NCBI RefSeq assembly: GCF_009914755.1 | Contig: NC_060928.1 | Source: the human T2T-CHM13v2.0 reference genome, Homo sapiens | Reading direction: 5' to 3' (one strand) | DNA: 64,000 nucleotides | Shown: in pieces, positions 38,791-54,495 of the stretch | Layout of the letters: the number at the start of each line of letters is the position of its first letter | Numbering within the stretch: the first letter of the stretch is position 1 | Notes under the pieces: model-generated | What the model saw: the letters and a program-made list of their open reading frames with translations, nothing else | Databases searched by the model: none | What the model was told of the DNA's origin: nothing | Position numbers and translations under genes: made by a program

Positions 38791-40926
38791 GTTATATCAT
38801 ACTTTTTAAACTCAAATAAAGATAGGAATTTTTAAAGCAGCCACAGCAAAAAGGAGTCATTATGTGCAAAGAAATAAAAATTAAAATAGCAGCTAACTTG
38901 TCAATGGGAGAAATGGAAGCCAACAAAAAATGCCATATCATATGAAAATCTTCTAAGGAAGTAACTGCAAATATAGAATCAATATCCAGTTACAATGTAT
39001 TTCAAAAAAGGAGACCTTTCTAGAAAAAAATTAAACAGTGAGAATGTATTCAACAGTAGTTATAAGCAATTCTTCAAACTAAAGAAATGATTCCATTTAG
39101 AAGGCTTATGATCCGGGAAGAAATTATAAGAAAAGGTAAAATGAGGAGAGTGGTAAACATGGTAGAATATCTTACTGATAACTGACTGTATACAAAGATG
39201 CCATATTGAGAGGCCAAATTATATATGAAATTAATACATAAAATAGCAACATATACTGGCAATATGTTAATTAATCTATGCATTGTTCATAAAGTGAAGT
39301 GCCATTTTATATAATATTTTAATAAATCAGCAAAGCCTATTGAAATCTCTCAGGTAAACACATATAAGAGTAAAATAATATTTAATTAACAAGTTAATGG
39401 TGAGGAATATAAAATAACATTTAAAAATAATACAAGAAAGCTGGAGAAAAGAAAAAATAGAGAATATATCTGTATATATTAAATATGTGATGTGTGCATA
39501 TGCACAAAATACATTATATATGCATAGGTATGGGGTATATAGAGATATATTTATATAGACTAAATAGTGTAATAGAAATATAAAAATCAAGGATTAATTT
39601 AAAATAACTATATATTTCAATGAACAAATTAAATAGGTGGATACGCAGAATTTAAAATGAAGAGATTGGATTAGAAACACTAATAAAAAGAAAACTTGCA
39701 TTTTATATTGTTAATATACTGTTGAAGCCATACAAATTATTTTGGATTAATAGGGTTATGGTCTGATAAAAATGTGAGTTAAATAGGAGAGAAAATAATT
39801 TGAAATCTGTATGCAACTAATAACATAGCTTCTAACTATAAAAAGCAAAATTTAATGAACTTAAAGGAGAAATAGAAAAATCCAGAAATTTGCCAGAAAT
39901 GATCACCTCTTTCAGTAAATAATATAAAAAGCATACAATAAAGTTTAGTAATTATATGACAAACATTAGGGAAAAATAAATTAAATTCTTGTATGTTTAT
40001 TTTCAAGGGCACACAGAGTATTTTCTATAATAATCAATTTCTGGGACCCAAAGGAAGTATTAAACATTAAAATTAATTTAAATCATTTATTGCATATTTT
40101 ATGGGCTAATATTTAAAAACAAGAAAGCTAAAAATATTCCTCTATACTTTGAAATGACATAATGCATTTCTCAATAACCTTTGAGTCAAAAGAGAAATAA
40201 AGCAAATGAGAAAATATTTGAACTTAATAAAAATAGTACAAAGTAAACATTTTAAACGATGACAACACTGTACTTAGAAAGTATTTATAACATTAATTGC
40301 ATGTATTAGAGAATAGTAGAAATTCCATCATTTAAGCATCTGTTCCAAAAAGTTATGAAAAAAACACAAACCACTCCAATAAATTAAAGGAAAGAGTAAC
40401 TGGGCAGAAAAAAAATAATAATACAGAAGTAAAAAAGACAGTAAACATATTCAATAAAGCATAGCAATGATTATTTGAAAAGACTAAAACTATTAATTAA
40501 ATCCCTCATGAGATTTAATAGAAATACAAAATGATATTAAAACAATCCAAATATTATTAAAAACTACTAAATATATTTTGCATGTTTTTCCTAGCAAGTA
40601 CGAAAATGTAAATAAAATAGACCTATTCCAAAAATAGCTAAACGTTTAACATTAGCACAAAAACTATAAGCTGAATAATTTTTGTTACAGTAAATAAATT
40701 GACTTTCATATTAATAGACTTTGCACAGGAAAAACTCATAGAAACCTAGAAGGCCCATTTATGAATTTCATCAATACTTAAGGAAAAAACAACAGCAATA
40801 TTCTACAAAATGTTTCCAAATAACAGAAAAATATTGAACACTTTTCAGCTTTATGTTTAAGACCTGCGCTACCTTGAAAACAAAATCTATTGAGAACACT
40901 GGGAAATTTTAAACTTACCCAATCTC

Positions 40927-41270
<344 letters not shown>

Positions 41271-41776
41271 TGAAGAATTAGCAAGCAATATTAAATACCA
41301 ATGAGACCAACAGAATAATGAGAACAATAATATGTTTATGTCAACTAATGTAAAAAAAGTAATAAAATTCAAAGACTAAAATAAAAAAGAAAAACAAAGA
41401 ATAAGAAAAAGACAGTCCAAGAATAGAAGCCAGCTTCATTAAATCAGCTCAGCCATCATCACACTTAATGTGTGATTTTGAATGAATGCATGCTATTGTA
41501 TTTATAACATGATTCTAAATATCTTAGGCAAGTACAGCAAGAAAAATATACACATGAAGTAGATGAAAAACTCATTGTTTACAAAATCCTTGGTTATGTA
41601 TATAGAATATTTTAAAATACAGATCACTTATGACATTTTTAATCATCCTAATTTTAGTATTTGTCCCTTTTTAATGGGGTGTTAGTTTTTTCTTAGAAAT
41701 CTGAAATACTTGAACTGCATATTCTATTTCATAAGCATTATAAGATTTATATTTTCATTTCCCATCTGATGAACAA

Positions 41777-42071
41777 TTTTTTTTTTTTTGAGGCAAGGTC
41801 TCACTCTCTTGCCCAGGCTGCAGCACAGTGGCATGATATCGGCTCACTGCAGCCTTGACCTCCCCAGGCTCAGGTGATCTTCTCACCTCAGCCTCCCAAG
41901 TAGCTAGGACCACAGGGATGTGCCACCATGCCAGGCTAATTTTTATATTTCTTGTAGAGTGGGGGTTCACTATGTTGCCCAGTTTGTTCTCAAACTCCTG
42001 GGCTCAAGCAATTTGGCCAGCTCAGCCTTCCAAATTGCTAGGATTACAGGCGTGAGCTACTGTGCCCAGCC
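41777..42071 (-). mobile_element. AluJ
   Basis: gcagccttgacctcc and gggctcaagcaat are J-type features; TSD tgaacaatt/tgagcaatt. Confidence 0.95.
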
Positions 42072-42547
42072 TGAGCAATTATTTTTTTAAGCAAAGTTTC
42101 CTGTAAAAAATGAAGTTGAGATAAATGTTCTATATATAAGCAACATTTTTCTAGTTCTAGATATATATATATATATATATATATATCCTCTCTCACTCTT
42201 GCCATATACTTGTGTGTGTATACACACATACATATATAAAATTGCTTCTTTTCTCATATATAAATATTTACATATATGCATCACTTTGTTTTATATGCCC
42301 AAATTGCCTTCTAAAAGCAATTAAATAACTTACACTTTTATCAATAAGCATCCCCATATCTTTGCCAGCACTTGATATTGTTAGACCTTTCAAATTGTTC
42401 CCTCTTTCAGTGGGTTGAAAATGTCAAATCTTGATGGTTTTGTGCTGTATTTCTAATTCCTATCTATCTTAATTTGATATTGTAGAAGTATATTGACAAT
42501 TCAGGTTTACTTTTCTGTAATTTCCTTTTTATTTTTATTGGCTATTA

Positions 42548-43030
42548 TATTACTCAGGGCTCCAACAGGAAACAGACAGTAAACTTAAATGAGGTAACTA
42601 AGAACTTACAAAAGGGACACTTTATACAGATATGGGCCATGTTAAGGCAAACCAAGTGTTGAAGCACCCTGGGACTAAAATCCTCAAGGAGCTATTAATA
42701 CCAGCAGACCTGAAGAAGAAAGTAATGCCTAGGACATGAAATACAGAGCCATTGTAGATAGCTACCTTACAGAAACTGTAACTTTTGTATAGGAATGCAG
42801 TTAATACAGGGTGTGGAAAGAGGTAGGTAGCCAGGAAAATAAATGCCTTGCCTTCCTCTTTTCACATCTTCTGATCACCTACTGATTTGCTCTCAATGGC
42901 CAAGCCCAAACATGAATGTAGAAGGCAAGGGGGACCTTGATGCAGTCTACAAAGTACAGTTTTCCAGGTTATGGAGAATGCTAGAAAAGTACGGAAAATG
43001 GACAGAAAAAAGCAAATGAAAAATATTCTG
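42548..43030. mobile_element. ERVL LTR (LTR41-like)
   Basis: cagggctccaacaggaaacagac...gaaggcaagggggaccttgatgcagtc. Confidence 0.6.
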
Positions 43031-43092
43031 TCATCTCTTGGTTTTTATCTTTTTTTTGTTTGGTCTTTCTTTTTCTTAATTAAAAAATAATT

Positions 43093-43388
43093 GGCCAGGC
43101 ATGGGTGGCTCATGTCTGTAATCCCAGCATTTTAGGAGGCTGAGGTGGGCAGATTGCTTGAGCCCAGGAGCTCAAGACCAGCCCGGGCCACATGAAGAAA
43201 CCCCATCTCTACAAAAAATACAAAAATAGCATGGCCTGGTGGCACGTGCCTGTAGTCCCAGCTACTCCAGGGGCTGAAGTGACAGGATCACTTGAGCCCA
43301 GTAGGCAGAGGTTGCAGTGAGTCAAGATCACGCCACTGCCATTCAGCCTGGGTGACAGAGTAATATCTTGTCTCAAAAAAAAAAAAAA
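43093..43388 (+). mobile_element. AluJ
   Basis: gattgcttgagcccaggag; poly(A) tail. Confidence 0.95.
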
Positions 43389-43399
43389 GCATAGAAACA

Positions 43400-44860
43400 T
43401 CTTGTGTGATATATTTCAAATGTCTCCTCTCATTCTGCATTGTTATCTCATTTTGAATGGAGCCAAATTATTATTAACTACATTTTAAATTTCATGTATG
43501 CAGGGAACTTTGTATTATTAACTGTTATAGTCTTAGAATCTGGAAAAATTCCTGGCATATGAAACTTGCATCAATAATTGTTGAATAAATTCATAAATGA
43601 ATAGTTTTCTTTAGACTTTCTGTTGTTGATGTGTTATTTTCTGATTTTTTCCCCATGATGAATCACTGAGATATTTTTCCTGTATTTTCATACAAAAATT
43701 TAAAATTTTTCTTATTTATGTGTAAATACATCTGAAATTTTTTATGATATGATATGGTGTAGGAATCTAATTGTGTATATATGTATTTATATATGCTATC
43801 TATGGGTGTGTATACATATGTATTTATATGTGATAGATGAATAGATATTCACCATACATCACAATTTACTGATTTGTAATTCATTTTCTATCATATATAT
43901 GTATATAATATGTGACATATGGCAAATTACTGTATGTATTTTTGTATCTATATCTGGCCTCTTCTTTCTCTCACTGATTTATAGAGTATCCCTTTGTCAA
44001 AAATATATTCTCAGTTCTATAATAAGTTTCTCTCCCTGGTTAGATATGTTCTATTTTTGCTTTTTTTAAAATTGCCTAACTCTTTTTAGAAATTAAAAAA
44101 TTGAATCCTTTTTCAATTTCTAAAAAAGCTATTGTTCATTTGTTAATGAGATTGGCACTGGAGTCATATATTAACTATAAGAAAATGGCCATCTTTACAT
44201 TTTTTATTTCCCCTAATGATAGATGTTCTTTTGTTTTTAATAATACTTTGTTAAGTTTTATATAATGGTCTTGCACAAATTGGATTATATTTATTCTTAG
44301 GAACCTACAAAATGTCTTTTACTAGACATTATACTTTATACTGAAATTCACAAGCCTCTCAACTAACATCAGAAACAATATGAGTATGTACATTGCTATT
44401 TATGCTATTCAATATTATATTGAATGTCTTAGTCACTGAAGTTAGGCAACAGACAGACTTAAGTGTCGTATAGATTTAAAAGGAGATTCAAAATTGTGGT
44501 TGTTTCTAGGTAATGCAAATATATAGAAACTTCAACATAATTTGTAAATCACTTTAACAAAATTGCTGAATACCGATGTATAGTAACAATTAATAATGTG
44601 CCATTATAGCAATGACAACCAATTACCTCCAATGTGCTTTTTAATTTTGGTATTACTTTTTGGGGGGCTGGAAGGTGTTTACAATCACTTTTAATGCAAT
44701 CTTTGCTCCATTACATAAATACTATTTGGTCAGCTCGAATGTGTCAGGTAACATAGCAGATCTATTTCTGTTAAATGTCATTCTCTTGTTGGTTTATATT
44801 TGTGCTTTTAATCTCAATTTTTCTATTTATAACTTTTTAACTTTTGTATAGAAGCATGTC
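43400..44860. mobile_element. Mosaic of old L1M fragments in both orientations plus an L2 tail (~43520-43600)
   Basis: Antisense L1 motifs at 43620-44320; sense ORF2-like ctattcaatattatattgaatgtcttagtc at ~44400. Confidence 0.5.
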
Positions 44861-45540
44861 ATACTATTATAAAACATATTGAATTTACTGTAGTGCATAG
44901 ACCTATTTTTTACTCTGACCCTTCAAGGAAATCTTTTCATTTGCTTGTTGTTTTACTTTCTCAATATTATTTGTGAGTGGTTTATTTTCACCCTTAGTCA
45001 TCATAAAACAAGGACATTTCAACCTTGAGAAATTGCTTATCATCATATAGGATGTCTGTGTTGCCAAGGTCTTATCTCTTATCCACATTTGTGCTAGATT
45101 AATAATCATTTGAGATGCTCACACAAAAGCAGGCTGATGTGTATAACTTTTCTTTCTTAACATCTAGCAAACATCTCGTTTATGTAGCTTCTTCATTGTG
45201 AGACAAAGTTTAATCCTAGTTGCTCTCTCTGTCTCAATGAAAAACACATCATACACATAAAAAGTATATATAAATCATTTTGGTTTTCTTGAATTACTTT
45301 AAATTTTTGAAAATCACAATAAATCCAATTTGTAATGTAGCCTTTCCTGTGTCCTCATTTGACTTGTTTTACCCTAGGAATTTAGTTATTACATCTTGAA
45401 AGTTTTGGGGACAATTTTTTTTTTAGAGTTTAAAGTTAAGAGTTCACAGTCTTCTACTCAGATGACAGATAGAATAAAGGTATGGCATTTGAGGTAATAA
45501 AAATAAGAGAGGATCATTTTACCTAATCTCTATGGCACAG

Positions 45541-46214
45541 TGTGAAGAAATGAATGTTTGCGTCCCTACAAGATTTAGATGTGGCCAGATGCAATGACTC
45601 ATACATGTGATCCTTGCACTTTGGGAGGCCCAGGTGGGAGGATAGCTTGAACCCAGGGGTTACAGACCTGTCTGGTTACCATAGTGAGACCTTGTATCCA
45701 CAAAAAGTTAAAAATGTAGCTGGGTGTGGTGGCTTATGCCTGGGGTCACATCTACTCTGGAGGCTGAGTGGAACGATGGCTTGAGCCCAGAAGTGTGTGA
45801 GGCTTCAGTGAGCTGGGATGGTGCCACTGCACTCTATCCTGGGTGACAGAGCAAGACCCTGTCTCAAAACAAAAGAAAAAATGTACATGTTGAAGTTGTA
45901 TTCCCCAATGTGATGGCATTAGAAGTTGGAGCCTTTGAGAGGTGACTAAGTGATAAGGACAGAGCCTTCATAAATAAGACTAGTGCTCTTACTCAGGGGA
46001 CCCCAGAGAGCTCCTTATTCTCTTTCTGCCAAGTGAGGACAGAGAAAGAAGATGATCATCTAAAGACAGGGAAGCAGTCCCTCCCCAGACACCGAATCTT
46101 CTGTAGCCCTCATTGTGAACTTCCTTGCATCCAGAACTGTAAGAAATAACTGTTTGCAGTTTAACCCACTGTTAATGGTATCGTTGTTTTTAGTAGTCCA
46201 AACAGACTAAAACA
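45541..46214 (+). mobile_element. MLT1A-like MaLR solo LTR, interrupted by an Alu
   Basis: tgaatgtttgcgtccc...ccagaactgtaagaaataa...aacagactaaaaca. Confidence 0.85.
45583..45880 (+). mobile_element. AluJ nested in MLT1A
   Basis: Diverged full dimer; degenerate TSD aagatttagatgt/aaaatgtacatgt. Confidence 0.93.
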
Positions 46215-49200
46215 GGCTGCTCTTCTTACTTTTCATTGGCATAGAATACAGGATTTTAGTTGTTTATTTTTCAGTCTAATTATGGAAAATCTTTTCCAGA
46301 CACTGGAAATTAATTGTTTACTAGTTCTTTTCAAAGACATCATATGAAAATTTCATATTTTTATTTGAATTATATTTCTTTTATTGGAATATAAGAAAGG
46401 TTTACACAGGCTGCCAGTTATGGGTCATAATAAATTTATAATCCTGCAGACCGATTTAATATTTAAATATTCAATACAGTTAGAATAAAGTCTTAAGCAT
46501 AGAAGAGATTCTCTGAATGGATATTTAGAATTTCTCTCCTCTTGAATTCTCTCTCATATTTGATTTTCAGATCAGGCACTGGTAATCAACAGTTGTAGTG
46601 AATACCCAATCTAAGACTCACATTGCACAGTGAGTGATAGAAATAGATAAAGACTGACACAAAGAAAAGGGGCAAGTGACAGAGATGAATACCAAGGGTA
46701 ATTCACTTGGATATAAACTATTCATTCTAACATAATAAGAGAAGATAGAAGAAATAAAGCTATCTTACTCTACCTGGATTCATGTACTTAATCATTCTAA
46801 GTGCATGCCAGTATAAGAATCTCTCTCTAAAAACAGACAGTTTTTAAAATGGTTAAAAGTTATATTTAAAAAAGCAAAAGCCAAACAGATACTCTTCTAA
46901 TTAGTGAATTTTTTCCTTTTGATGTGTGGATGAACCATTATCTTGCTTAAGAAAGCCTTAGAAGCATATATCACATATGATTTAAAAATGGATCTGTTTG
47001 ACATTTCAGCCAGCAATAATGAAAGTTTTTATATTTTGTGTCCTAGCTATAGAGACAAACTGTTGATAGAGGAAAAAAAAAAAAGAGAGAGATATTGTAT
47101 GTTCTTACTCTTTTTAAAAAAGCCAATAGGAATTAACTAAATTAATTTTTAAAATATGAAATATACATAAATTAAAACAATTATGCACTGAACTTTATTT
47201 GCAGAGTAAAGTTGTTGATGTATTTTCCAAGGTGTACTACTGAAAGAATATAAGTTTATAAAAAACCAGTTTTTTCTTCGAGTACGCTACATCCCATTAG
47301 AAGAATGAATAGGAGGTTACTTAGCATTAGCCTCACATTGATAAAAAAGCTTACATTTTATGTTTTAGCTTTTATGTTTGCTTTTGGGAACTAAGTACTA
47401 TGTTAGATTATGTATAAACTAATTTTTGAAAGCACAATTCTTCATTAGGACCATGCTTAATGGAAAGCATCTAATACTTTTATGATTATTATTTTGGCTG
47501 TGAAGTTACTCACAGCTTTAAAAGGTCAGTAGCACTATTGGCTCAACTTAAGTATGTGCCTGTGAAAGTTGTAGTATTTTCCTCAGATCCATCCAGATGC
47601 TTATAAAGCACCAAACAAAACAAGACCATTGCGGTTATACATTGATGAGCCACACGAGATGAAAAAAATCACAGAATGCCTGATTCTACCTATTCTCTAT
47701 TTTTACAAAAAAAATCTAGAAGAGGTTAGTAAGTAACTTACTCTGTTAGTTGTTGAAAATAGATATATGTATGATTTTTAAAATTATATTTCTACAGTAG
47801 AGAAATTCTTATTCACATTTAGATGGATTATTTGCAATGTTATTTATATATACATTTATTAATAAATATATAATGTAATTCTTAGAAATTTTATGTAACT
47901 GTAAACTATCTTTTTACTTATATTTTGAAATTGTGTTACTTTTCATTTTAGAACATTTCAACATATTATATCATGGCTTCAAATGAGATTTACATAAGTT
48001 AAAAATTATATATAAAGATAATTAAAGAAAAAGCACTTATTTGATGAACTATATTAACATTCTTATTTATCAAGTAAATAGAATAACTACTTTCTAGTAT
48101 AATAGACATTGATTGCTGTTTTCTAATTAACAATGATAATAACAATAGATAGTAATGTCAATAGCTATAATATTTGGAACATACTTGACCACTGGTTAGC
48201 AAAGGTTGTTTTATAAATTATACAGACTAAAACCAGCATAATTTATTACTTTTTTAAGGAAAATATTTCAATGCTTTATTTTATGTCTGTAATTGTGTAA
48301 GTAACTGCATACACTGGAATCTTATAATCTATTGAATATAGAGCTAGTAAATTATAAGCTCTTTAAATGTTCCTTTTTTGTATAGATAATGTTTGCTTAT
48401 TTCTAATCCTTAAATCATTTGATATGTTTATAATATTTTATTTCTTAAACATTTAAATTCAGAATGGCTAAATTTCTATTTTTATTTTAAAGAATAAGCA
48501 TTTTTAAATGAATATTTTAAAATATCCTACAGTACAAATAAATAAAAGAAAAATGTATATTTTTATAACTACTAAAAGTTACCTTACATTTGACTAATTA
48601 TTAAATGACAATAAGTTTGAGTATTTTAATACATTTATTAATATACTACTTATGGTTATTATCTCAAAGGTTGAATATCTAAATGAAACTTCTATTTTTT
48701 TAACTTAACAGAATTCTCTACTCATAATCATCAAATAATATCACACATGTAAACACTGCCTTAATGTTTTTAAATTCTTTTAGAATTTTGCTCATCTCAT
48801 TTTGATCTATTTCAAAACATCCATAAATCTAGTTTACACACTAATTATAATTTTGTAAAATAAAACACAAACATAATATTAATCAGTAACCATTCCAAAC
48901 TTTTTCTTTATTTATTGACACTTTTAGTTATCACTATATCTTTTTTATGTTTTAGAATGATAATAAACCTAATTAAGATCATTTAGGAAATTTAACAAAG
49001 TTTTAATATACTCATAGAATTACTTGGCATGCTTATACTAATAAAGTCATTATATCCTAAAAATTATAACACACAGTATTTCTTTCGCTGTTCATTTTGA
49101 TTAACCAAATTGTAATTTGTATAAAATGACTGAAATGCTTTCAGGGGAATATTTTTATCTTTGATGAAAGTTTTATTAAACTTCCAACAAAAGTATTCTT

Positions 49201-50066
49201 ATTAAAATTTTATAAGATAAAAAATTTATCTGCATTGTGTTTGAATCATTACTTTCAAATAACTGTCACCAATAAACTGTTAACACAAATTCATTCTCAG
49301 AATGAATTTACAAACTAATTTTGTTTCCAATAGATAACTGCCTCTTTCCTCAAGTGCACTATCAAACAAAACCATTATTACATTGTTTCATTACTTTCAT
49401 AACACAATGTTTGTTTATGATATTAAAAAAATTGACATAATCTCGAAACAGATTATTTTTAAAAAGAGAATAATGTAGATTTTAACAGTATATTTACTGC
49501 TATTCTTGTAACAAGCCTTGAAAGAGATTTATAATCACTATTTTTTAGCTACCATTAATTTAAAAAATGAGTGATGTCTCTTTAAGATGTTAGGAATATA
49601 GACTACTTTTCCTATTTTCTTTATTACTTTATTTATTAGATCTTTTCTACTTGTCTAAGGGGATATAGCTTAGACATAAATGTCAAATTGGGAGATACAA
49701 CAATATTTTACTTTAATACAAAAGTCATTTGGTATCCTACTTCAAATTTAAATGTCATTATAGATTATTTCAATAGCATTTTAGATTCTTGTTAGGCTCG
49801 TGCACATGCATGTGTGTGTGTTTGTGTGTCTGTGTACATCCTCTCTAGCTGATTACAGCGTAGACTTCCTCTCTCTTTTTATTCTGGATAATGTATGTTA
49901 TGACCTCATATAATGTCTTAATGAACTAATTTTACATAGTTTTCTTAAACAAATTTTTATTAGGTCATCAGGATACAGTAACTACATCAAGAAGAGAAGA
50001 GAAAATCAATAGCATGGGTTGATAACACACACATATCTGAGTACACAGATGCAGTCTTAGGGAGAG

Positions 50067-50089
50067 GAGAGAGAGAGAGAGAGAGAGAG
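50067..50089. repeat. (GA)n microsatellite
   Basis: Dinucleotide run. Confidence 0.9.
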
Positions 50090-51724
50090 GAAGTTGTTCA
50101 AGTTCTATGAAATCAACAGAGATTGAATTTACCCTGAACATCTTGAATTATAAAAAATAATTTGTTGATCTATATCACTGTCAACATAACTACACTGTAG
50201 AGAGAAATGTAGTCAATGACTGTCTGTGAATGCTTAGCCTTGAGGAAAAAGCTGAGAATCAGTGCATATTTTGCATGAAGATGTAAAAATTTTGCATTTT
50301 GCTAGCCCTATTGACTGAGTTCAACAGGGAATTTAGATAGTAGGACATAAATTCAAGTGAATTGAAATTAGAATACATGTTTAACAAGGTGCTTTGATAA
50401 TTTCTTAACATTTTTTAAATAATTATTTTACTTTGGTGATTGTATAATTATAAAATATTTCACTATAAAATATTTTGTTGACTTAAAGTTATCAAACAAT
50501 GCAACTCAAATATTGAATTAATATATTTTATTTCATAATACCTGCAAATGAAATTAAACATATAGGTCAGAAAAATAGTCTCAGTTTTTAATATTCTTCA
50601 TAGTTCTTTTTAATAATGAATATTATGAGATCATGCATTCTCAGTGAAATTTTACCAAGAAAAATATTATTTGTTCTTAGGAATAAGCAGCAGAACGTAT
50701 TTGCCAAAATGTGTCATTCTGTGTCAAAAATTTGAAAAGGTGTACCTGTTATTAATAAAAAATATACAAAACTTTTATTCTTCTAAAATATGATTTGGGG
50801 AGATTGAATTTTATTATTCTAATTTTAAAAGTATAAAACCATATACGCTATCTAATATATGTAATAAACTGGGGAAAGTAATAGAATAATGGTGATGATT
50901 ATGATAATTATAAGATTGTAATATTTATAATGATAAATTATTTGGTAACTTATTAATAGATAAGTAACAAACAGAGACAAAAGTACCCACATTTGCCTAC
51001 TTATAAATCTAGGCTATTTGGTCTTAGTAAGCCTTTATTTTTAGGAGAAACAGAGATGACCTTCATACTTATTAGAACTATAGTTTCTAATACGTTTGAA
51101 TCTAAAATTTAAATCATTAGTGGAACAGTGAGTGGAACTTTGGAAAAGATGAACGTTCTCCAGACAACAGAAATTTTTGAGCCTTGTATAAGCTAAGTTG
51201 ACTTAGCTATTTAATTAACGCTTAAATAAATAACTTTCAGTTTTAAGGTTAATTCTGTTTTAAAACTGAGGGAAGACAACAATTTTCTACATGCTATTCT
51301 CTTTTTAGTTCAAATTATCTTGTAGTATATATTGTGAAAACTTAAAGCCTAGAAAGCCCTAATAATGTTAGAAAAACAATTATCCAAAAGAGAATAACAG
51401 TCCTTGAAAGGGATGTATTAGACACAGATGTGCTGCTACTTTAAAAGAGACTGATAGTGCTGAAAGGGAACTAAACTACAGAAGCAACAACCTAGCCAGA
51501 AAAAGAGGAAAACCATTTTTAAGAGTTGCTTTTTCCCTTTTTCATCTTCTACATTAGGTATGAAATTAGTGTTTACAAGTACTAGATTTAAAAGAGTTAG
51601 AAATTTATATATGCAAAAATAGTTTTTTTCTGCTTTGTTTGTAGTATTATAATATTTCTCCATGTTACTTTGTACATAGGAAGATAAATTTAGGGTTTCC
51701 AAGAGTCCAATTAGAAAGAGAAGA

Positions 51725-51930
51725 TGTCTAGTACTGTAGAAGGAGAGTAATGGGCTGAGAGTCAGAAGACTGAATTTTATTTTCATCTCCATATTTAATA
51801 AATGTTTCTAGTCTTGACTATATTACTCAATGTTTTAGAGTAGACTTTCTTAATTTTTTCATAATATATTCATAATCAACTCTAAGAATTTTGCCATGTA
51901 ATTATGAGAATCACAAATAGGTAGTAAATA
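51725..51930 (+). mobile_element. MIR
   Basis: gggctgagagtcagaagactgaatttt...attatgagaatcacaaa. Confidence 0.55.
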
Positions 51931-52273
51931 CATACACACATACTTATATACACACATGTGCATACATGATTTTATATACGTCAGGAATTAGTTACTATAG
52001 AAAGATTTTGAAAGCAGCTTTACTGCTGTGGTGTCCAAATTACATTCCTCCTATTTGATAATTTAGTACAATCTACAACATAGAAATAAGCTGGACTTAC
52101 ATTCAGAAATATGTCCAGAGTGAGCTTTTCAAATTTAATAAAAACTGTCAAGACTACATTCCATTCAGTCAATGATCAAAGCTTATGAACTTGTTTTAAT
52201 TATAAGCAAAATACATTCAATCTAGAATTATACTCTAAAATCTATTGAATAAATATGCATTGAGTGTCTATTA

Positions 52274-52667
<394 letters not shown>

Positions 52668-53098
52668 GTGATGTTCCTGTAAATCTATTTTGCAAAAATA
52701 TAAAATTATTGTCACTGCAATTTGTATTTCTCTACCTATTAGTGTAGCTGAAAATGTTGTTTTATCATTTTTGTATTTCTTCTTTTGTAAATTTTATATT
52801 AACGGTCTACCAAATTTTTATAGAATATTTCTGTCTTATATTTTAGGAGTTCTTTTTGTTTGAGATGATATACTTTTATCATCATGTACTCAAATTTGTT
52901 TGCTATTCATTTATTGATTATGAGTTTTGTGTGGATAATGGGAATAAGGCTCTCATTTGCCAGTCAATTTACTCTAGTAAATATAAAAGAAAGAGGTTCT
53001 GTTTAGAGAAAGGGCAAATGGGAAAATAGAGAGAAGAGAGTTGGAGAAGAAAGTCTGCTTTTGCTTTACTCTTCCTTGTGCATCTGGTTGAGGGCGAA

Positions 53099-53100
<2 letters not shown>

Positions 53101-53138
<38 letters not shown>
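53101..53138. repeat. (AC)19 microsatellite
   Basis: Perfect run. Confidence 0.97.
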
Positions 53139-53139
<1 letters not shown>

Positions 53140-53449
53140 ACTTACCTATGTCTAACATACATAGATATGTATCCTCATGAAGTGATACTGAAGCAATGCA
53201 CCCATGAGAATTTCACTTTAATATAAGGGGCTGATTTGGAAACAGGGATGGAAAACACTTTCTGTTCTGTATTTTCTGGTGTTTCATGCTTAATAACTGA
53301 ATTGAAATGCAAAACCAGGACTTTCTAAATTCATACTGAAAGTTTTGAATAATATGCAAGGTAGCATCCCTGAATTATATCATGATTTTACTATAGTTCT
53401 GTGTTAAGCCACAGAAATTTTTAGAAATGCAAAATAAAAAAAAAATGGT

Positions 53450-53777
<328 letters not shown>

Positions 53778-53814
53778 TCAATGTGCCTGTTTCAGGTTTA
53801 GTAATTTTAACTTT

Positions 53815-54495
53815 TGCATAGTGAAGAATTAACTTTACCAAATGATAGATAGGTCTGGCCTTCATCTTTAGTTTCTTGGTTAGTGATCTCTAGGCCACTG
53901 GAATATCCTTCCTGATGGGAATGTCTTTGCTTGGGAGCTTTGGCCACTATCAAGTCTAAAAGTGTTCTATGATGGAATCTTTGGGCCACAAGTTTTCAGT
54001 TCTGCCTCCAAAAGTGCCTGGAAAGTAAAAATGTCAGTCCAACCTCCAGAAAGGGCTGAAGACTAAATGTGAGCCACAGCAGTGGTAAGTGATTGAACCC
54101 TATTGAAAATTCTGGACATCAAAGACTTGAAAGCTTTTCTAGTTAAGAATACTTCATGCATATGGTTACATATTAATGCCCAGAAGCTAATAAATTTGCC
54201 ACTCCCCCAGGTTGAGGGCAATAGGAGCTTCACGTTTGGTACCTTTGCTGGATTCTGACCTAGGTATCATACTTCATCTCCTGGCAGATTTTAATCCGTA
54301 TTCTTTTTCTGTAATGAGCTGTAACCACAAGTAAAAGTATAACAGCTTTAAATGAGTTCCGTGAGTCTTTCTAGTGAAATCAAATACAGGGGTAGTGTTG
54401 TGTACCTTGTCCCGTGAATTTTCAATTGATATCTGACATAATGGCAGTCTTTTGTTGACTGTTTATTCTAAACTTTGCAATTGACCACAACTCTC
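53815..54495 (+). mobile_element. MER77/MER21-group ERVL LTR
   Basis: aggtctggccttcatc...gatctctaggccactggaatatccttcctgat; ctgtaaccacaag...tataacagc...gagttccgtgagtctttctagtgaa. Confidence 0.7.

Noticed and set aside
51436-51792. 118-aa ORF
   Set aside because: Starts in a MIR, has AT-biased composition and resembles no protein I recognise.
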